Shown piece after piece: positions 1-8,898 of a stretch of 64,000 nt of DNA. Made by a program: the position numbers and the translations under genes. Numbering within the stretch: the first letter of the stretch is position 1; each line of letters opens with the position of its first letter. A model generated the notes under the pieces. It saw only the letters and a list, made by a program, of their open reading frames with translations. It was not told the origin of the DNA and did no database searches. Origin of the DNA: a virus (Duplodnaviria; Caudoviricetes); IMG/VR virus record IMGVR_UViG_3300033405_000003; one strand, written 5' to 3'.

Positions 1-68
1 GCGGCGGTAGCCCGCTCTCGCGGGGTGTTCCGGGGGGGGGGGGGTGGCGCGCGGGGGGGGGGGTGGGC

Positions 69-285
69 GGGTGCGGGTCGACGCCGAGCGCTGCGCGGGT
101 CGCGCGGGTGCGGGTCGACGCCGAGCGCTGCGCGGGTTGCGCGGGTGCGGGTCGACGCCGAGCGCTGCGCGGGTCGCGCGGGTGCGGGTCGACGCGGAGC
201 GCTGCGCGGGTCGCGCGGTGCGGGTCGATGCCGAGCGCTGCGAGGGTAGCGCGGGTGCGCTGCGCGGGTCGTGCGCGGGTCGACG
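69..285. repeat. Tandem 37-bp G-rich repeat (GGGTGCGGGTCGACGCCGAGCGCTGCGCGGGTCGCGC), about 5 copies plus degenerate tail
   Basis: Units start near 69, 106, 143, 180 and 217; preceded by poly-G runs at about 32-63. Confidence 0.95.
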
Positions 286-501
286 CTAAAGCTCGACGAT
301 GATCCCGGCGAGCAACAGGGCGCGCTTGATCGATCCGAGCACGTGCGGGGAAACGAGATCGTTCGCGTGGTTGCCCACGAGGGGCGGAAGACTTCGCCCG
401 TTGGGCAGTTTCCACGTTTCGTGGGAGCCCTTCGTGCGGGCGGGTTGGCACCCAAGGGCACGGAGTTGCTCGCGCAAGTCCCGGACTTTCCAGTGTCGCA
501 T
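286..501 (-). CDS. hicA: HicA-family mRNA interferase toxin (71 aa)
   Basis: MRHWKVRDLREQLRALGCQPARTKGSHETWK: HicA size, N-terminal helix and R-x-KGSH motif. Confidence 0.8.
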   Translation of the reverse strand: MRHWKVRDLREQLRALGCQPARTKGSHETWKLPNGRSLPPLVGNHANDLVSPHVLGSIKRALLLAGIIVEL

Positions 502-506
502 TTGGT

Positions 507-1166
507 TTACTCTTTCGGGTTGGGGGTGAAGATCGGGATCGTGTCGCGCCGAACGGGGAGGTGGAACGCGGGGATCGTGTCGTCCGTGTCGCGTCCGGCG
601 GGGAGGTGGAACGCGGGGATCGTGTCGTCCGCGTCGTGTCCGGCAGGGACGTGGAACGCGGGGATCGTGTCGTCCGCGTCGCGTCCGGCGGGGAGGTGGA
701 ACGCGGGGATCGTGTCGTCCGCGTCCGGGCTCGCGTCGTCCGCGTCCGCGTCGTCCGCGTCCGGGCTCGCGTCGTCCGCGTCCGGGCTCGCGTCGTCCGC
801 GTCCGGGCTCGCGTCGTCCGCGTCCGGGCTCGCGTCGTCCGCGTCCGGGCTCGCGTCGTCCGCGTCCGGGCTCGCGGCGGCGCGGGCAAGCTCGCGATCT
901 TCCCGCTCGCGGCGCGCGATCATCCGAGCGACCTCGGCGTCCGCGTAATCCTGGATCGCGTCGATCGCCTCGCCGGGGTGCTCTTCTACGTATTCGGCGA
1001 ATTGCTCCGCGCGCTCGTGCGGGGTTCCCTTGAACGCGTAGCGGACCCGTTTCCAAAGGGAAACGGTCGACGGGTCCAGGTTGACGACGACGGCCTCGTC
1101 GCGCTCCGAACGGGTCTCCCAACCCTTGCGGGCCGCGGCGCTACGGGAGGGGGAAACTTTGCGCAT
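507..1166 (-). CDS. Hypothetical protein with acidic tandem repeats (SPDADDA)n and (DADDTIPAFHLPAGR)n
   Basis: ATG at 1166 just downstream of a sigma54-like promoter; stop 5 nt before the hicA start. Confidence 0.7.
   Translation of the reverse strand: MRKVSPSRSAAARKGWETRSERDEAVVVNLDPSTVSLWKRVRYAFKGTPHERAEQFAEYVEEHPGEAIDAIQDYADAEVARMIARREREDRELARAAASPDADDASPDADDASPDADDASPDADDASPDADDASPDADDADADDASPDADDTIPAFHLPAGRDADDTIPAFHVPAGHDADDTIPAFHLPAGRDTDDTIPAFHLPVRRDTIPIFTPNPKE
555..873. repeat. Coding tandem repeats: about 4 x 45 bp then about 7 x 21 bp
   Basis: GGGAGGTGGAACGCGGGGATCGTGTCGTCC... units and GCGTCGTCCGCGTCCGGGCTC units. Confidence 0.9.
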
Positions 1167-1177
1167 ACGGGGGACCT

Positions 1178-1193
1178 TGCACCCGCCGTGCCG
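1178..1193 (-). promoter_or_regulatory. sigma54 -24/-12 promoter (CGGCACGGCGGGTGCA), probably leaderless
   Basis: GG-N10-GC with GGCAC and TGCA; predicted start site about at ATG 1166. Confidence 0.6.
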
Positions 1194-1232
1194 CCCGCAA
1201 CCCCGCGATCCCCGGCGGCGCGGTCGCGAATG

Positions 1233-1296
1233 TGTGAATCTGAGTACACGGGTAAGTGTGTACTTGAGTACTTGGGTAGATCTGTATCCGGGCACT
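1233..1296. promoter_or_regulatory. Array of eight 8-bp direct repeats (about YGRGTACN) between divergent promoters
   Basis: tgtgaatc tgagtaca cgggtaag tgtgtact tgagtact tgggtaga tctgtatc cgggcact. Confidence 0.7.
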
Positions 1297-1313
1297 TAGC
1301 CCGCGCGCCGGGC

Positions 1314-1329
1314 TGGCCCCCGGCTTGCA
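1314..1329 (+). promoter_or_regulatory. sigma54 -24/-12 promoter (TGGCCCCCGGCTTGCA)
   Basis: GG-N10-GC with TTGCA, upstream of ATG 1376. Confidence 0.65.
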
Positions 1330-1375
1330 TTACCCCCGGTCGCGCGGCGATGCGCGGAAAGGATCGGGTAGGCAA

Positions 1376-2353
1376 ATGGAAGGAACGGCGATCGGCACGG
1401 TGGGCGGAGCGAGCGGGGCGGAAGCGGGGGAGGTCGGCGCACCTGCTTTCGTCCAGGCGATCCAAGCTGAAAACGACAAGCGTGCCCGGACGGGCCGGGG
1501 TCGCGACGACATCCACCGGCGCGGGGCATTCCAGCCGGACCAGTACGAATTTTTCGGGTGGTACTACCTAGGCCTGGGGGGCAAGGCCGGGGTCCTCAAT
1601 TGCTCGGCGCGGGTGCGCGACTTCCTGGGATCCGAAGAGGGGCAGGATTTCAAGGCGCTCGCGTACGGCGATTTCGGCAAGTGCGGGGTGTGCGGGGCGC
1701 GCTTCGCGTGCGGGGAGATCTGGCAACACGTGGATCGGCGCGACCTCGTGCACGTCGGGTGCGACTGCGCGGCGAAGTACAACCTCGTCTCCGGGACGGA
1801 CTGGAACGCGGTCCAGGACGAGCGCGCCCGCGCGCTCAAAGCGCAGTGCACGACGGCGCGCCGCGCTAAATCGCGCGAGCGCATTCTTGCCGCGTACCCC
1901 GGGCTCGCGGAAGCGCTCGCGACGGATCACTACATCGCGCGTGACCTCGCGCGGCGCTTCGAGGCCGAGGGCACGCTCTCCGAGGGGCGGATCAAGCTCG
2001 CTTTCAAGCTGGAAGCGGAAGCGAAAGAGCGCGCCGCGAAGCGGGCCGCGGAGTCGGTCGAGACCAAGATCGCGGCGCCCACGGGCCGGGCAACGGTGCG
2101 CGGGGTCGTGGTTTCGCTGAAATGGCACGAGGGGCAGTGGGGTCCCTCGCTCAAAATGACCGTGAAAGTCGCGACCCCCGCGGGGGTGTGGCTCGCGTGG
2201 GGCACCGCCCCCGCGGAGATCGCGGGGAAGGTGAACCGGGGCGACGAGGTCGAATACGACGCGACGCTGGAAGCGGGCCGCGAAGCTCACTTCGCGTTCG
2301 CCAAGCGGCCGACGCGGGCGAGCGTGGTCAAGCCCGCGACGGTGGGCGCGTGA
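1376..2353 (+). CDS. Hypothetical phage protein with Cys/His zinc-binding motif and possible C-terminal OB-like domain
   Basis: CGVCG...HVGCDC; C-terminal RATVRGVVVSLK...GDEVEYDATL beta pattern. Confidence 0.7.
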   Translation: MEGTAIGTVGGASGAEAGEVGAPAFVQAIQAENDKRARTGRGRDDIHRRGAFQPDQYEFFGWYYLGLGGKAGVLNCSARVRDFLGSEEGQDFKALAYGDFGKCGVCGARFACGEIWQHVDRRDLVHVGCDCAAKYNLVSGTDWNAVQDERARALKAQCTTARRAKSRERILAAYPGLAEALATDHYIARDLARRFEAEGTLSEGRIKLAFKLEAEAKERAAKRAAESVETKIAAPTGRATVRGVVVSLKWHEGQWGPSLKMTVKVATPAGVWLAWGTAPAEIAGKVNRGDEVEYDATLEAGREAHFAFAKRPTRASVVKPATVGA

Positions 2354-2592
2354 GCTTCAGCCCGAACCGCGGGGACCCGGCGCGGGGGGCGCCGGGTCGG
2401 ATCGGGGCTCGCGACGGGATCGGCCCGCGCGGCGCCGAGGTCGCCCCGTGCCGCGCCCGCGCGACCGGGCCGGGGGCAGCTCTCCCCGGCGCGGGCCGGT
2501 GCGCCAGCGGGGCGCGTAGGGGCATTGCGGGGTGCGAAGGGTTGTCGCGGGGCACGTGCGAACCGGGGTTCACGCCCCGCGCCCCCCGCGAT

Positions 2593-2641
2593 CGTGATTC
2601 CGTGTACTTGGGTAGATGAGTACGTTGGCACCAAGGGTGCA
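2593..2641 (+). promoter_or_regulatory. Four 8-bp repeats followed by a sigma54 promoter (TGGCACCAAGGGTGCA, 2626-2641)
   Basis: cgtgattc cgtgtact tgggtaga tgagtacg, same family as 1233-1296; GG-N10-GC. Confidence 0.7.
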
Positions 2642-2682
2642 AGGCACCCGATTGCGCGCACGTCGCGCGGAAGGTGGGCGAG

Positions 2683-4263
2683 ATGAACGACACGGCGAAA
2701 AAGACAGCGGACGCGGGGGAGACGCGGGGCGGCAAGGCGCAAGCCGACGTCACGGCCCTGCTCAAGTCGCGGCACACGTTCCTGTGGGTGACCTCGCTCG
2801 AAGAGTCGCGCGTCGAGCGCGCCCTAGTCGAGGCCGCGGGCGCGGCGACCTACAAGGTCGTGCTGTGGGATTGCGAGCAAGGCCTCACGAATCCGGACGG
2901 GACGCCGGTCGAGAAGATCCAGGACCCCGCGGCGGCGCTCGCGTGGCTCGGGGCGACCTCGGGGCGCGTCGCGCTCGTGATGCGCGATCTCCACGCGTGG
3001 GTGCGCGACCCGTCGCTGCTCCGCTCGCTCCGCAACGCGCACCGCAGGATGCAGGGGTTGCCCCGCGGGTCGGCGCGGGCCGTGATCGCCCTCACCCCGT
3101 CCGGCGAGGTCCCCCCGGATCTCCGCGGGTGCGCAACGGTCCTGGACTGGCCCCTCCCGGACCGCGCCGAGGTCGCCGCGCTCCTCAAAGACACGCTCGG
3201 CGCGCTCGCCGAGGGCACCCCGGCCAAGGCGCTCGCGGGCGACGCTTTCGAGGCCGCGGTGGACGCGGCCGTGGGGCTCTCGGCGAGCGAGGCCGAAAAT
3301 TGCTACTCGCTCTCGCTCGTGACCCGCAAGGCGATCGACGCGGGCCGGATCGCCGACGACAAGCGGCGGATCATCTCCCGGATCCCCGGCCTCACGTGGG
3401 CCAAGCCGGAGCCCCGCGGCCTGGACGCGGTCGGCGGGCTGGATCTCCTCAAGTCGTGGCTCCGGGAGCGGCGCTCCGCGTTCGGGGTCCGCGCCCGCGC
3501 GTACGGCCTGCCCTCCCCGAAAGGGGCGCTCCTCGTCGGCGTGCCCGGGGGCGGCAAATCGCTCACGGCCAAGGCGCTCGCGTCCTACTTCGAGGTCCCG
3601 CTGATCCGCTGCGACGTCGGCGCGATGCGCTCGAAATTCGTGGGCGACTCCGAGGCCAACGTGCGGCGCATGCTGCAAACGGTCGAGTCGCTCGGCCGGT
3701 GCGTGCTTTGGCTCGACGAAATGGAGAAGGCGCTCGCGGGCGGGTCCGGCCCGCAGGGCGACGGCGGGGTCGCGGCGGACGCGCTCGGAACGATCCTTTC
3801 GTGGATGCAAGATCGCACGTGCGAGGCTTTCGTGCTCGCGACCGCGAACGACGTCCGCGCCCTCCCCCCGGAGTTGCTCCGCAAGGGCCGTTTCGACGAA
3901 GTGTGGTTCGTGGACCTCCCCACGACGGCCGAGCGCGAGGCCGTGCTCCGGGCGGCGCTCTCCGAGCGCGGGCGCGACGCGAGCGAGATCGAGGTGCGCG
4001 AGGTCGCGGAAGCGACCGACGGGTTCGTGGGCGCGGAGCTTGCCGCGCTCGTGCCCGACGCGATGTTCCGCGCGTTCGCGGACAACGAGCGCGCCGTCTC
4101 GACGGCGGACCTCTTGCACGCCGCGCGGCAAGTCACCCCGCTCTCGAAAACGGCGAACAAGCGGATCGAAGACTTGCGCGACTGGGCAAAGGGCCGCGCG
4201 CGCCCCGCATCATCCCCCGAAACCACCACGAGCGGCGCCGCGGGGCGCGCGCTCGACATCTAG
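2683..4263 (+). CDS. AAA+ ATPase, Ycf46-like (degenerate N-terminal AAA plus active C-terminal AAA)
   Basis: Walker A GVPGGGKS, Walker B LWLDEMEK, SRH ATANDVRALPPELLRKGRFDE. Confidence 0.9.
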   Translation: MNDTAKKTADAGETRGGKAQADVTALLKSRHTFLWVTSLEESRVERALVEAAGAATYKVVLWDCEQGLTNPDGTPVEKIQDPAAALAWLGATSGRVALVMRDLHAWVRDPSLLRSLRNAHRRMQGLPRGSARAVIALTPSGEVPPDLRGCATVLDWPLPDRAEVAALLKDTLGALAEGTPAKALAGDAFEAAVDAAVGLSASEAENCYSLSLVTRKAIDAGRIADDKRRIISRIPGLTWAKPEPRGLDAVGGLDLLKSWLRERRSAFGVRARAYGLPSPKGALLVGVPGGGKSLTAKALASYFEVPLIRCDVGAMRSKFVGDSEANVRRMLQTVESLGRCVLWLDEMEKALAGGSGPQGDGGVAADALGTILSWMQDRTCEAFVLATANDVRALPPELLRKGRFDEVWFVDLPTTAEREAVLRAALSERGRDASEIEVREVAEATDGFVGAELAALVPDAMFRAFADNERAVSTADLLHAARQVTPLSKTANKRIEDLRDWAKGRARPASSPETTTSGAAGRALDI

Positions 4264-4285
4264 GAAAAAAGGAAAGAGGCACACA

Positions 4286-5182
4286 ATGGTCACCACGAAA
4301 ACCACCGTCACGATCAAGCCCGGAATCCTCGTGTCGCTCAAGTCGAGCGTCACGGGCGGGGTCACCTACACGCGGACGACGCTCGACGCGCCGAAGCTCC
4401 CCGAGTCGATCGCCGCCGAGCCCGCGGACGTCGCCGCGAACCGCCGCGACGTCGAGCGTTGGGAGACGACGAAGATCGTGGAGGACGCGGCCGAGCACAA
4501 GTGCGCGGAGGACGCGCGCAAAAAGGCGACCGGCGAGATCCGCAAGCTCTGCATCAAGTCGGCGTTCGGGCTGATCTGCCCGCTCGCGTACGAGGCCGAG
4601 CTTACCGCCGCGATCGAGCGCGCCCGCGCGACGGCGACCGGCTTCAACGAGACCGCGCGTTACACGCACGTCAGCCTGCACGTGCTCCGCGGCCACATCG
4701 CGTCGAGCGACGAGGAGGCCGTCAAGGCCATCGGGGGCGAGGTGCGCGGGCTCATCGCGCAAATGGACAGCGCGATCGGCAAGCTCGACCCGGAGGCGAT
4801 CCGGGACGCCGCGAGCAAGGCGCAATCGGTCGCCGCGATGCTCGGCGATGAGCAGTCCGCGGTCGTGAGCGAGGCGGTCAAGGCGGCCCGTGCGGCGGCC
4901 CGCACGATCGCCAAGCGCGTGACCAAGGACGGCGAGATCGCGGCCGTCGTGCTCGCCGACATCAAGCGCGGCGCGATCGAGAAAGCCCGCTTCGCGTTCC
5001 TCGACCTCGACGACGCGGCGCCCGTGGCGCCGGACTCGGAGCAGGCCCCCGCCGCGAATGTGCAGCGCGTCGCCGGGCTCGACCTCGACGCGGACGGCGA
5101 CGAGGTGCCCGGCGAGGTGGAGGCCGCGAGCGGCGCGGAGCCCATGACGGCGTTGATCTTCCCCGCGAGCGAGGTGCAGTGA
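4286..5182 (+). CDS. Helical protein of the AAA operon (DUF3150-like)
   Basis: SD GAGG before ATG; helical content, position and LDLD tail; family call tentative. Confidence 0.6.
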   Translation: MVTTKTTVTIKPGILVSLKSSVTGGVTYTRTTLDAPKLPESIAAEPADVAANRRDVERWETTKIVEDAAEHKCAEDARKKATGEIRKLCIKSAFGLICPLAYEAELTAAIERARATATGFNETARYTHVSLHVLRGHIASSDEEAVKAIGGEVRGLIAQMDSAIGKLDPEAIRDAASKAQSVAAMLGDEQSAVVSEAVKAARAAARTIAKRVTKDGEIAAVVLADIKRGAIEKARFAFLDLDDAAPVAPDSEQAPAANVQRVAGLDLDADGDEVPGEVEAASGAEPMTALIFPASEVQ

Positions 5183-5514
5183 TGGCTTGCTTCACGATGA
5201 CCAAGCCCAACCAGACGCTCGTGGAGCGCTCGAAGGAGGTGGCGGCGTCGCTCGCGCGGCTCCGCCGCTACATCGCCGCGGGGCAGGTGCGGATCGTGAT
5301 CGCGCCGAACGGCGCGGTCGCGCTCGACGGGTGGAAGGACCGCGACGACGTGACGGACGTGTGCGCGGTCCGCACGCTCACGGCCGAGGGATCGTGGGAG
5401 CTTCGGCAAGCGGTCGCCAAGGCCGAGGCCATGACGGGGCGCCGCGTGAACCTGCAAGCCACGGCCGCGGGCTGGCACTCGCACGACGGCGGCAAGACCT
5501 GGGGAAAGCACTGA
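5182..5514 (+). CDS. Small phage protein ending HSHDGGKTWGKH
   Basis: Coupled to upstream gene; host-like codon usage. Confidence 0.7.
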   Translation: MACFTMTKPNQTLVERSKEVAASLARLRRYIAAGQVRIVIAPNGAVALDGWKDRDDVTDVCAVRTLTAEGSWELRQAVAKAEAMTGRRVNLQATAAGWHSHDGGKTWGKH

Positions 5515-5521
5515 AAGGAGC

Positions 5522-5791
5522 ATGACCATGGGCGAGCAAGAGAAAGGATCTTTCGTTTGGTGCTTCAACACCGAAGAGGGCGCGCGTGCGTGCGTCGCCC
5601 TCATGGCGAGCGGCGACAACGTCGAGCGCTGGACGGTGTCGCACGGGACGGACGGCGATGGCTGGGACCTCCGCGTGGAGCTGGACGAGTACGGTGTCGC
5701 TTGGGCGCGCGGCTTCGCTTGCGCCTTCGCGCGGCTCACGCCGAACGAGGCTAGCAGCGACCTCGTGCACGCCACGAAGGGCGCATCATGA
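5522..5791 (+). CDS. Hypothetical protein
   Basis: AGGAG SD and codon usage. Confidence 0.65.
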   Translation: MTMGEQEKGSFVWCFNTEEGARACVALMASGDNVERWTVSHGTDGDGWDLRVELDEYGVAWARGFACAFARLTPNEASSDLVHATKGAS

Positions 5792-5933
5792 GTCCGTGCA
5801 GCAACCCCTACTGCAAGGAGGGCGTTTGTCACGGGCCGCGCTCCCCGGAGCCCCACGCGTGCAAGGCGTGTATGGCCCGCGAGTCGCTCGCGGCGGCCGT
5901 CCTATACGTGTCGAGATTGAAAGGTGGTGTGTC

Positions 5934-6458
5934 ATGAGCCTTGAAGAAGGAATTTTCATCCTGTCGCGCACGATCACGAACCCCCGGCCAGACCGCCGCA
6001 CGCGCGACCAATGGCAGAAGGCCAACGAATGGGAGAAGGGGATGCGGTTCGTGATCCGGCGCGCGCACTGGATCGAGCGAGACCGCGCCGAGGCCATGGC
6101 GACCGTGCCGGGGGAGCGGCGCGTATTCGAGCTTCGCTACCTGGGCGAGCGCTACGCCGACTACGTGAACCTCTTCGAGAAGGACGGCATCGTCGAGCAT
6201 GCGCGGGGCAACTTCCCCGACGAAGCGGAGCAGGCCATGCTCGTGCTCGTGACGGCGCTCGTGCGCTCGACCGACCGCGACGACGAGCTTGATTGGATCT
6301 TCCGCTCGCGCGGCGAGCGCATGGCGGACATGGCGGACGGCGTGCTCTATCGCCTCGTCGATCGCGGGACGGTGAAGCTCGACGACATCAGGGCCGCGCT
6401 CGCGGAATGGGACGCCGAGGAAGCGGCGAAAGAAGAGGCCGCGAAGGCCAAGCCATAG
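5934..6458 (+). CDS. Hypothetical protein
   Basis: AGGTGG SD before ATG; codon usage. Confidence 0.65.
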   Translation: MSLEEGIFILSRTITNPRPDRRTRDQWQKANEWEKGMRFVIRRAHWIERDRAEAMATVPGERRVFELRYLGERYADYVNLFEKDGIVEHARGNFPDEAEQAMLVLVTALVRSTDRDDELDWIFRSRGERMADMADGVLYRLVDRGTVKLDDIRAALAEWDAEEAAKEEAAKAKP

Positions 6459-6506
6459 CATGATCGCATGGGGACATGAGAAGATGAGCACGGAGGTCAA
6501 AACGCC

Positions 6507-6782
6507 ATGGGAAAGAAAAAGCAGATCGACGAGCGCGCGCTCCTCGCGCGCGTCAACAGGGCGCTCGCCAAAGACGGGGAGCGCGTCATCCGCTCGCGGC
6601 CGATCCGCGGGAAGTTCCACTACGGCAAGCCCGTCTACCCGCCGGAGGGGCGCTTCTACCGGGTGTCCGGCAAGGAGCGCGTCATGGTCGCCCGCGACGT
6701 CGACCTGTGGGAGCTGGCCAAAAAGTTCGATCTCATCAAGCCGTGGGAGGACTACGTGCCGGTCACCCCAGACGGCCCGTGA
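6507..6782 (+). CDS. Small basic protein, paralog of 13655-13945
   Basis: ERALLARVNRALAKD...VDLWELAK pattern. Confidence 0.7.
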   Translation: MGKKKQIDERALLARVNRALAKDGERVIRSRPIRGKFHYGKPVYPPEGRFYRVSGKERVMVARDVDLWELAKKFDLIKPWEDYVPVTPDGP

Positions 6783-6833
6783 CGCCGCGTTCACGGACCG
6801 CCCGAGGGGCGCGTAGTTCCGCGCGGTTGGCGC

Positions 6834-6879
6834 TGGATCGGCGCGTGCAGATAAAAAGTCCACATGGCCATGAGGCCAA
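6834..6879 (+). promoter_or_regulatory. sigma54-like promoter (TGGATCGGCGCGTGCA) followed by 8-bp boxes AAGTCCAC ATGGCCAT GAGGCCAA
   Basis: GG-N10-GC at 6835-6848; boxes at 6856-6879. Confidence 0.6.
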
Positions 6880-6905
6880 AACTAGGGAAAAGAAAGGGCA
6901 TCATC

Positions 6906-7151
6906 ATGAGCAAGGTAGAGAACGAGCTGGCGATGGCGGTGGAGCGGCTCAGCGTCGCGGCTGCGAACGTGACGCTGATCGCGTGCGTGCTCGTGGAGAC
7001 GCGGCGCGCGGACGTCTTCGACGCGCTCCGCTTGGCGTGCGACGAGATGCGCGAGGCGGAAGGCGCCGTGTGCGAGGCCGAGCAGGCGCTCGTGGTGAAC
7101 ATGATCGGCGAGCGGATCGAGGGCGCCGGGGAAGGCGGGATGGTGTCATGA
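6906..7151 (+). CDS. Hypothetical protein
   Basis: First gene after promoter; ATGA overlap with next gene. Confidence 0.6.
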   Translation: MSKVENELAMAVERLSVAAANVTLIACVLVETRRADVFDALRLACDEMREAEGAVCEAEQALVVNMIGERIEGAGEGGMVS

Positions 7152-7357
7152 CGAACGGAACCGAGAAGACGATCATGGTGTGCGCGGTGTGCGGCTCGGA
7201 GAACGTCCAGCACGCCATGTGGGTGTCGGTCAACACGGGTGACGTGCACGACGATTTCGGATCGTGGTGCAGCGGCGACAACTCGTGGTGCGAGGATTGC
7301 GAGGAGCACACCGACCTCGTCGAGAAGCCTGCGGCGGTAGTAGGGGTGTCGCCGTGA
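7148..7357 (+). CDS. Small zinc-ribbon protein
   Basis: CAVCGS...WCEDC. Confidence 0.65.
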   Translation: MTNGTEKTIMVCAVCGSENVQHAMWVSVNTGDVHDDFGSWCSGDNSWCEDCEEHTDLVEKPAAVVGVSP

Positions 7358-7581
7358 AGCGCGTTTTTGTGAGCAATATCCCCGTTCACGCGTATGTGGA
7401 CGGTTGGGTCGAGGTGCCGGACGGCACGGACCCCGAAGCATTGAACGACGCCATCGCGACGGCGCTCTGCGAGCGCGGTTATTCGGCGGAGTCTTCGACG
7501 CTGGCGGTGGGCGAGACTGACCTCGACGAAGGGATCATCAAGGGCGGCTGGGAGTTCACGACGCCGTTGGAGAAGGTGTAG
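7354..7581 (+). CDS. Hypothetical protein
   Basis: GTGA overlap; codon usage. Confidence 0.55.
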   Translation: MKRVFVSNIPVHAYVDGWVEVPDGTDPEALNDAIATALCERGYSAESSTLAVGETDLDEGIIKGGWEFTTPLEKV

Positions 7582-7583
7582 CC

Positions 7584-8141
7584 ATGAACCAGGTCGAGAG
7601 CTTTGAGCACATGGGCCGGAGGGTGACGATCTACACGGACGACGACGCGGAATCGCCCCGGAGCTGGGACATCAACCTCGCGACGCTGGCGTGCTGGCAC
7701 CGCCGGATGAACCTCGGCGACGTGCGCATCGATGGCGGCGAGACGGAGGACGAGCTTCGCGCGCGCCTCACGGAGGCCGGCGAGGAGGTGCTCGCGGTGC
7801 TCCCGCTCCACCTGTACGACCATAGCGGGATCACGATGAGCACGCGGCCGTTCGGCGACCGCTGGGACTCCGGGCAAGTAGGCTGGGCGTACGTCACCAA
7901 GTCGAGCGCCGAGAAGACGGGCTGCGTGGGGGCCGAGTGGAACGCAGATCGGTACCTCAAGGCGATCGTGGCGGAGGTCCTGACGTACGACATGTTCCTC
8001 CGCGGGGAGATCTACGGATACGAGGTGGAGGACGCGGACGGCGGCGCGCTCGATTCGTGCTGGGGTTTCTACGGCCTCGACGACGCGCGGGACGAAGGCC
8101 GGGAGGCGGCCGAGGCGGTCGCGGCGAGCGAGGCGCCATGA
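7584..8141 (+). CDS. Conserved phage/plasmid early-region hypothetical protein
   Basis: LYDHSGITMST...DRWDSGQVGW...LRGEIYGY...DSCWGFYG motif set. Confidence 0.75.
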   Translation: MNQVESFEHMGRRVTIYTDDDAESPRSWDINLATLACWHRRMNLGDVRIDGGETEDELRARLTEAGEEVLAVLPLHLYDHSGITMSTRPFGDRWDSGQVGWAYVTKSSAEKTGCVGAEWNADRYLKAIVAEVLTYDMFLRGEIYGYEVEDADGGALDSCWGFYGLDDARDEGREAAEAVAASEAP

Positions 8142-8307
8142 GCGCGATTCACCCGGAGCGCTGCGAGTGCGGGACCGCGACCGGCGAGCACGCGGACAGT
8201 TGCCCCGCGATGTTCGGCACGAACGGCGACTGCGAGGTCTGCGGGAGCCTTAGCCCGTGGAGGTGCGGCCACTACGACGACGACGGTAACCTCATCGACG
8301 AGGAGGC

Positions 8308-8772
8308 ATGACGAGCGACGGGCGGACCAAGTGGCGGCGCGAGGGCGAAGGCTACAGCGCGTGGATGGGCAACGGGCTCTACGCCGTCGTGCGCCCGCTC
8401 GTGCGCCATGAGTACAAGCGTCCCGGACGCAAGGGCCGCGACGTCCGCTATTGGCTCGGCGGAGTGGTCGCGACGGGCATCAGCCGCGGGACGTGCCCCT
8501 GCGGCGCGTCGATCTCCGCGACGGTGGACGTGCGTGGGTTCGGGCACGGCTCCGAGGTGAGGCTCCTCGCGGAAGCCAAGCGTCGCGCGCTCTTCGAGGC
8601 GCAGTGCGTCGGCGCAGCCGCGGTCAGCATTACGTTCGACGATTTCGGGTTGCCGTACCCCTCGATGCTGCGGGGGCAGTCGTTGATCACGACGGAGCAG
8701 GCATCGCGCGATGACTCGCAGGCGAAGCCCCGGGCGGCGATGCTCGACCTCGACGACGCGGCGGCACCGTGA
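8308..8772 (+). CDS. Hypothetical protein ending MLDLDDAAAP
   Basis: GGAGG SD and ATGA overlap. Confidence 0.6.
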   Translation: MTSDGRTKWRREGEGYSAWMGNGLYAVVRPLVRHEYKRPGRKGRDVRYWLGGVVATGISRGTCPCGASISATVDVRGFGHGSEVRLLAEAKRRALFEAQCVGAAAVSITFDDFGLPYPSMLRGQSLITTEQASRDDSQAKPRAAMLDLDDAAAP

Positions 8773-8849
8773 ACGGGAGGCCACACCCTGGCAGTGAACT
8801 GCTCGCCACACCACGCGACCCGGACGAGTAATTCTCAATAGTTGATGAT

Positions 8850-8898
8850 TGGCACGCGCGCTGCATGATAAGTTATATGTCCACATGGCCACATGGAC
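8850..8898 (+). promoter_or_regulatory. sigma54 promoter (TGGCACGCGCGCTGCA) followed by boxes ATGTCCAC ATGGCCAC ATGGAC
   Basis: Near-consensus TGGCACG-N4-CTGCA; boxes at 8877-8898. Confidence 0.75.

Noticed and set aside
69-873. Repeats as a CRISPR array
   Set aside because: Units are contiguous with no unique spacers, the 555-873 repeats are coding, and no cas genes are seen.
2683-4263. AAA ATPase as the sigma54 activator
   Set aside because: No GAFTGA loop or C-terminal HTH; classic-clade AAA motifs.
5872-6460. Extra GG-N10-GC matches near 5873 and 6445
   Set aside because: They lack TGCA and flanking boxes; expected by chance in GC-rich DNA.
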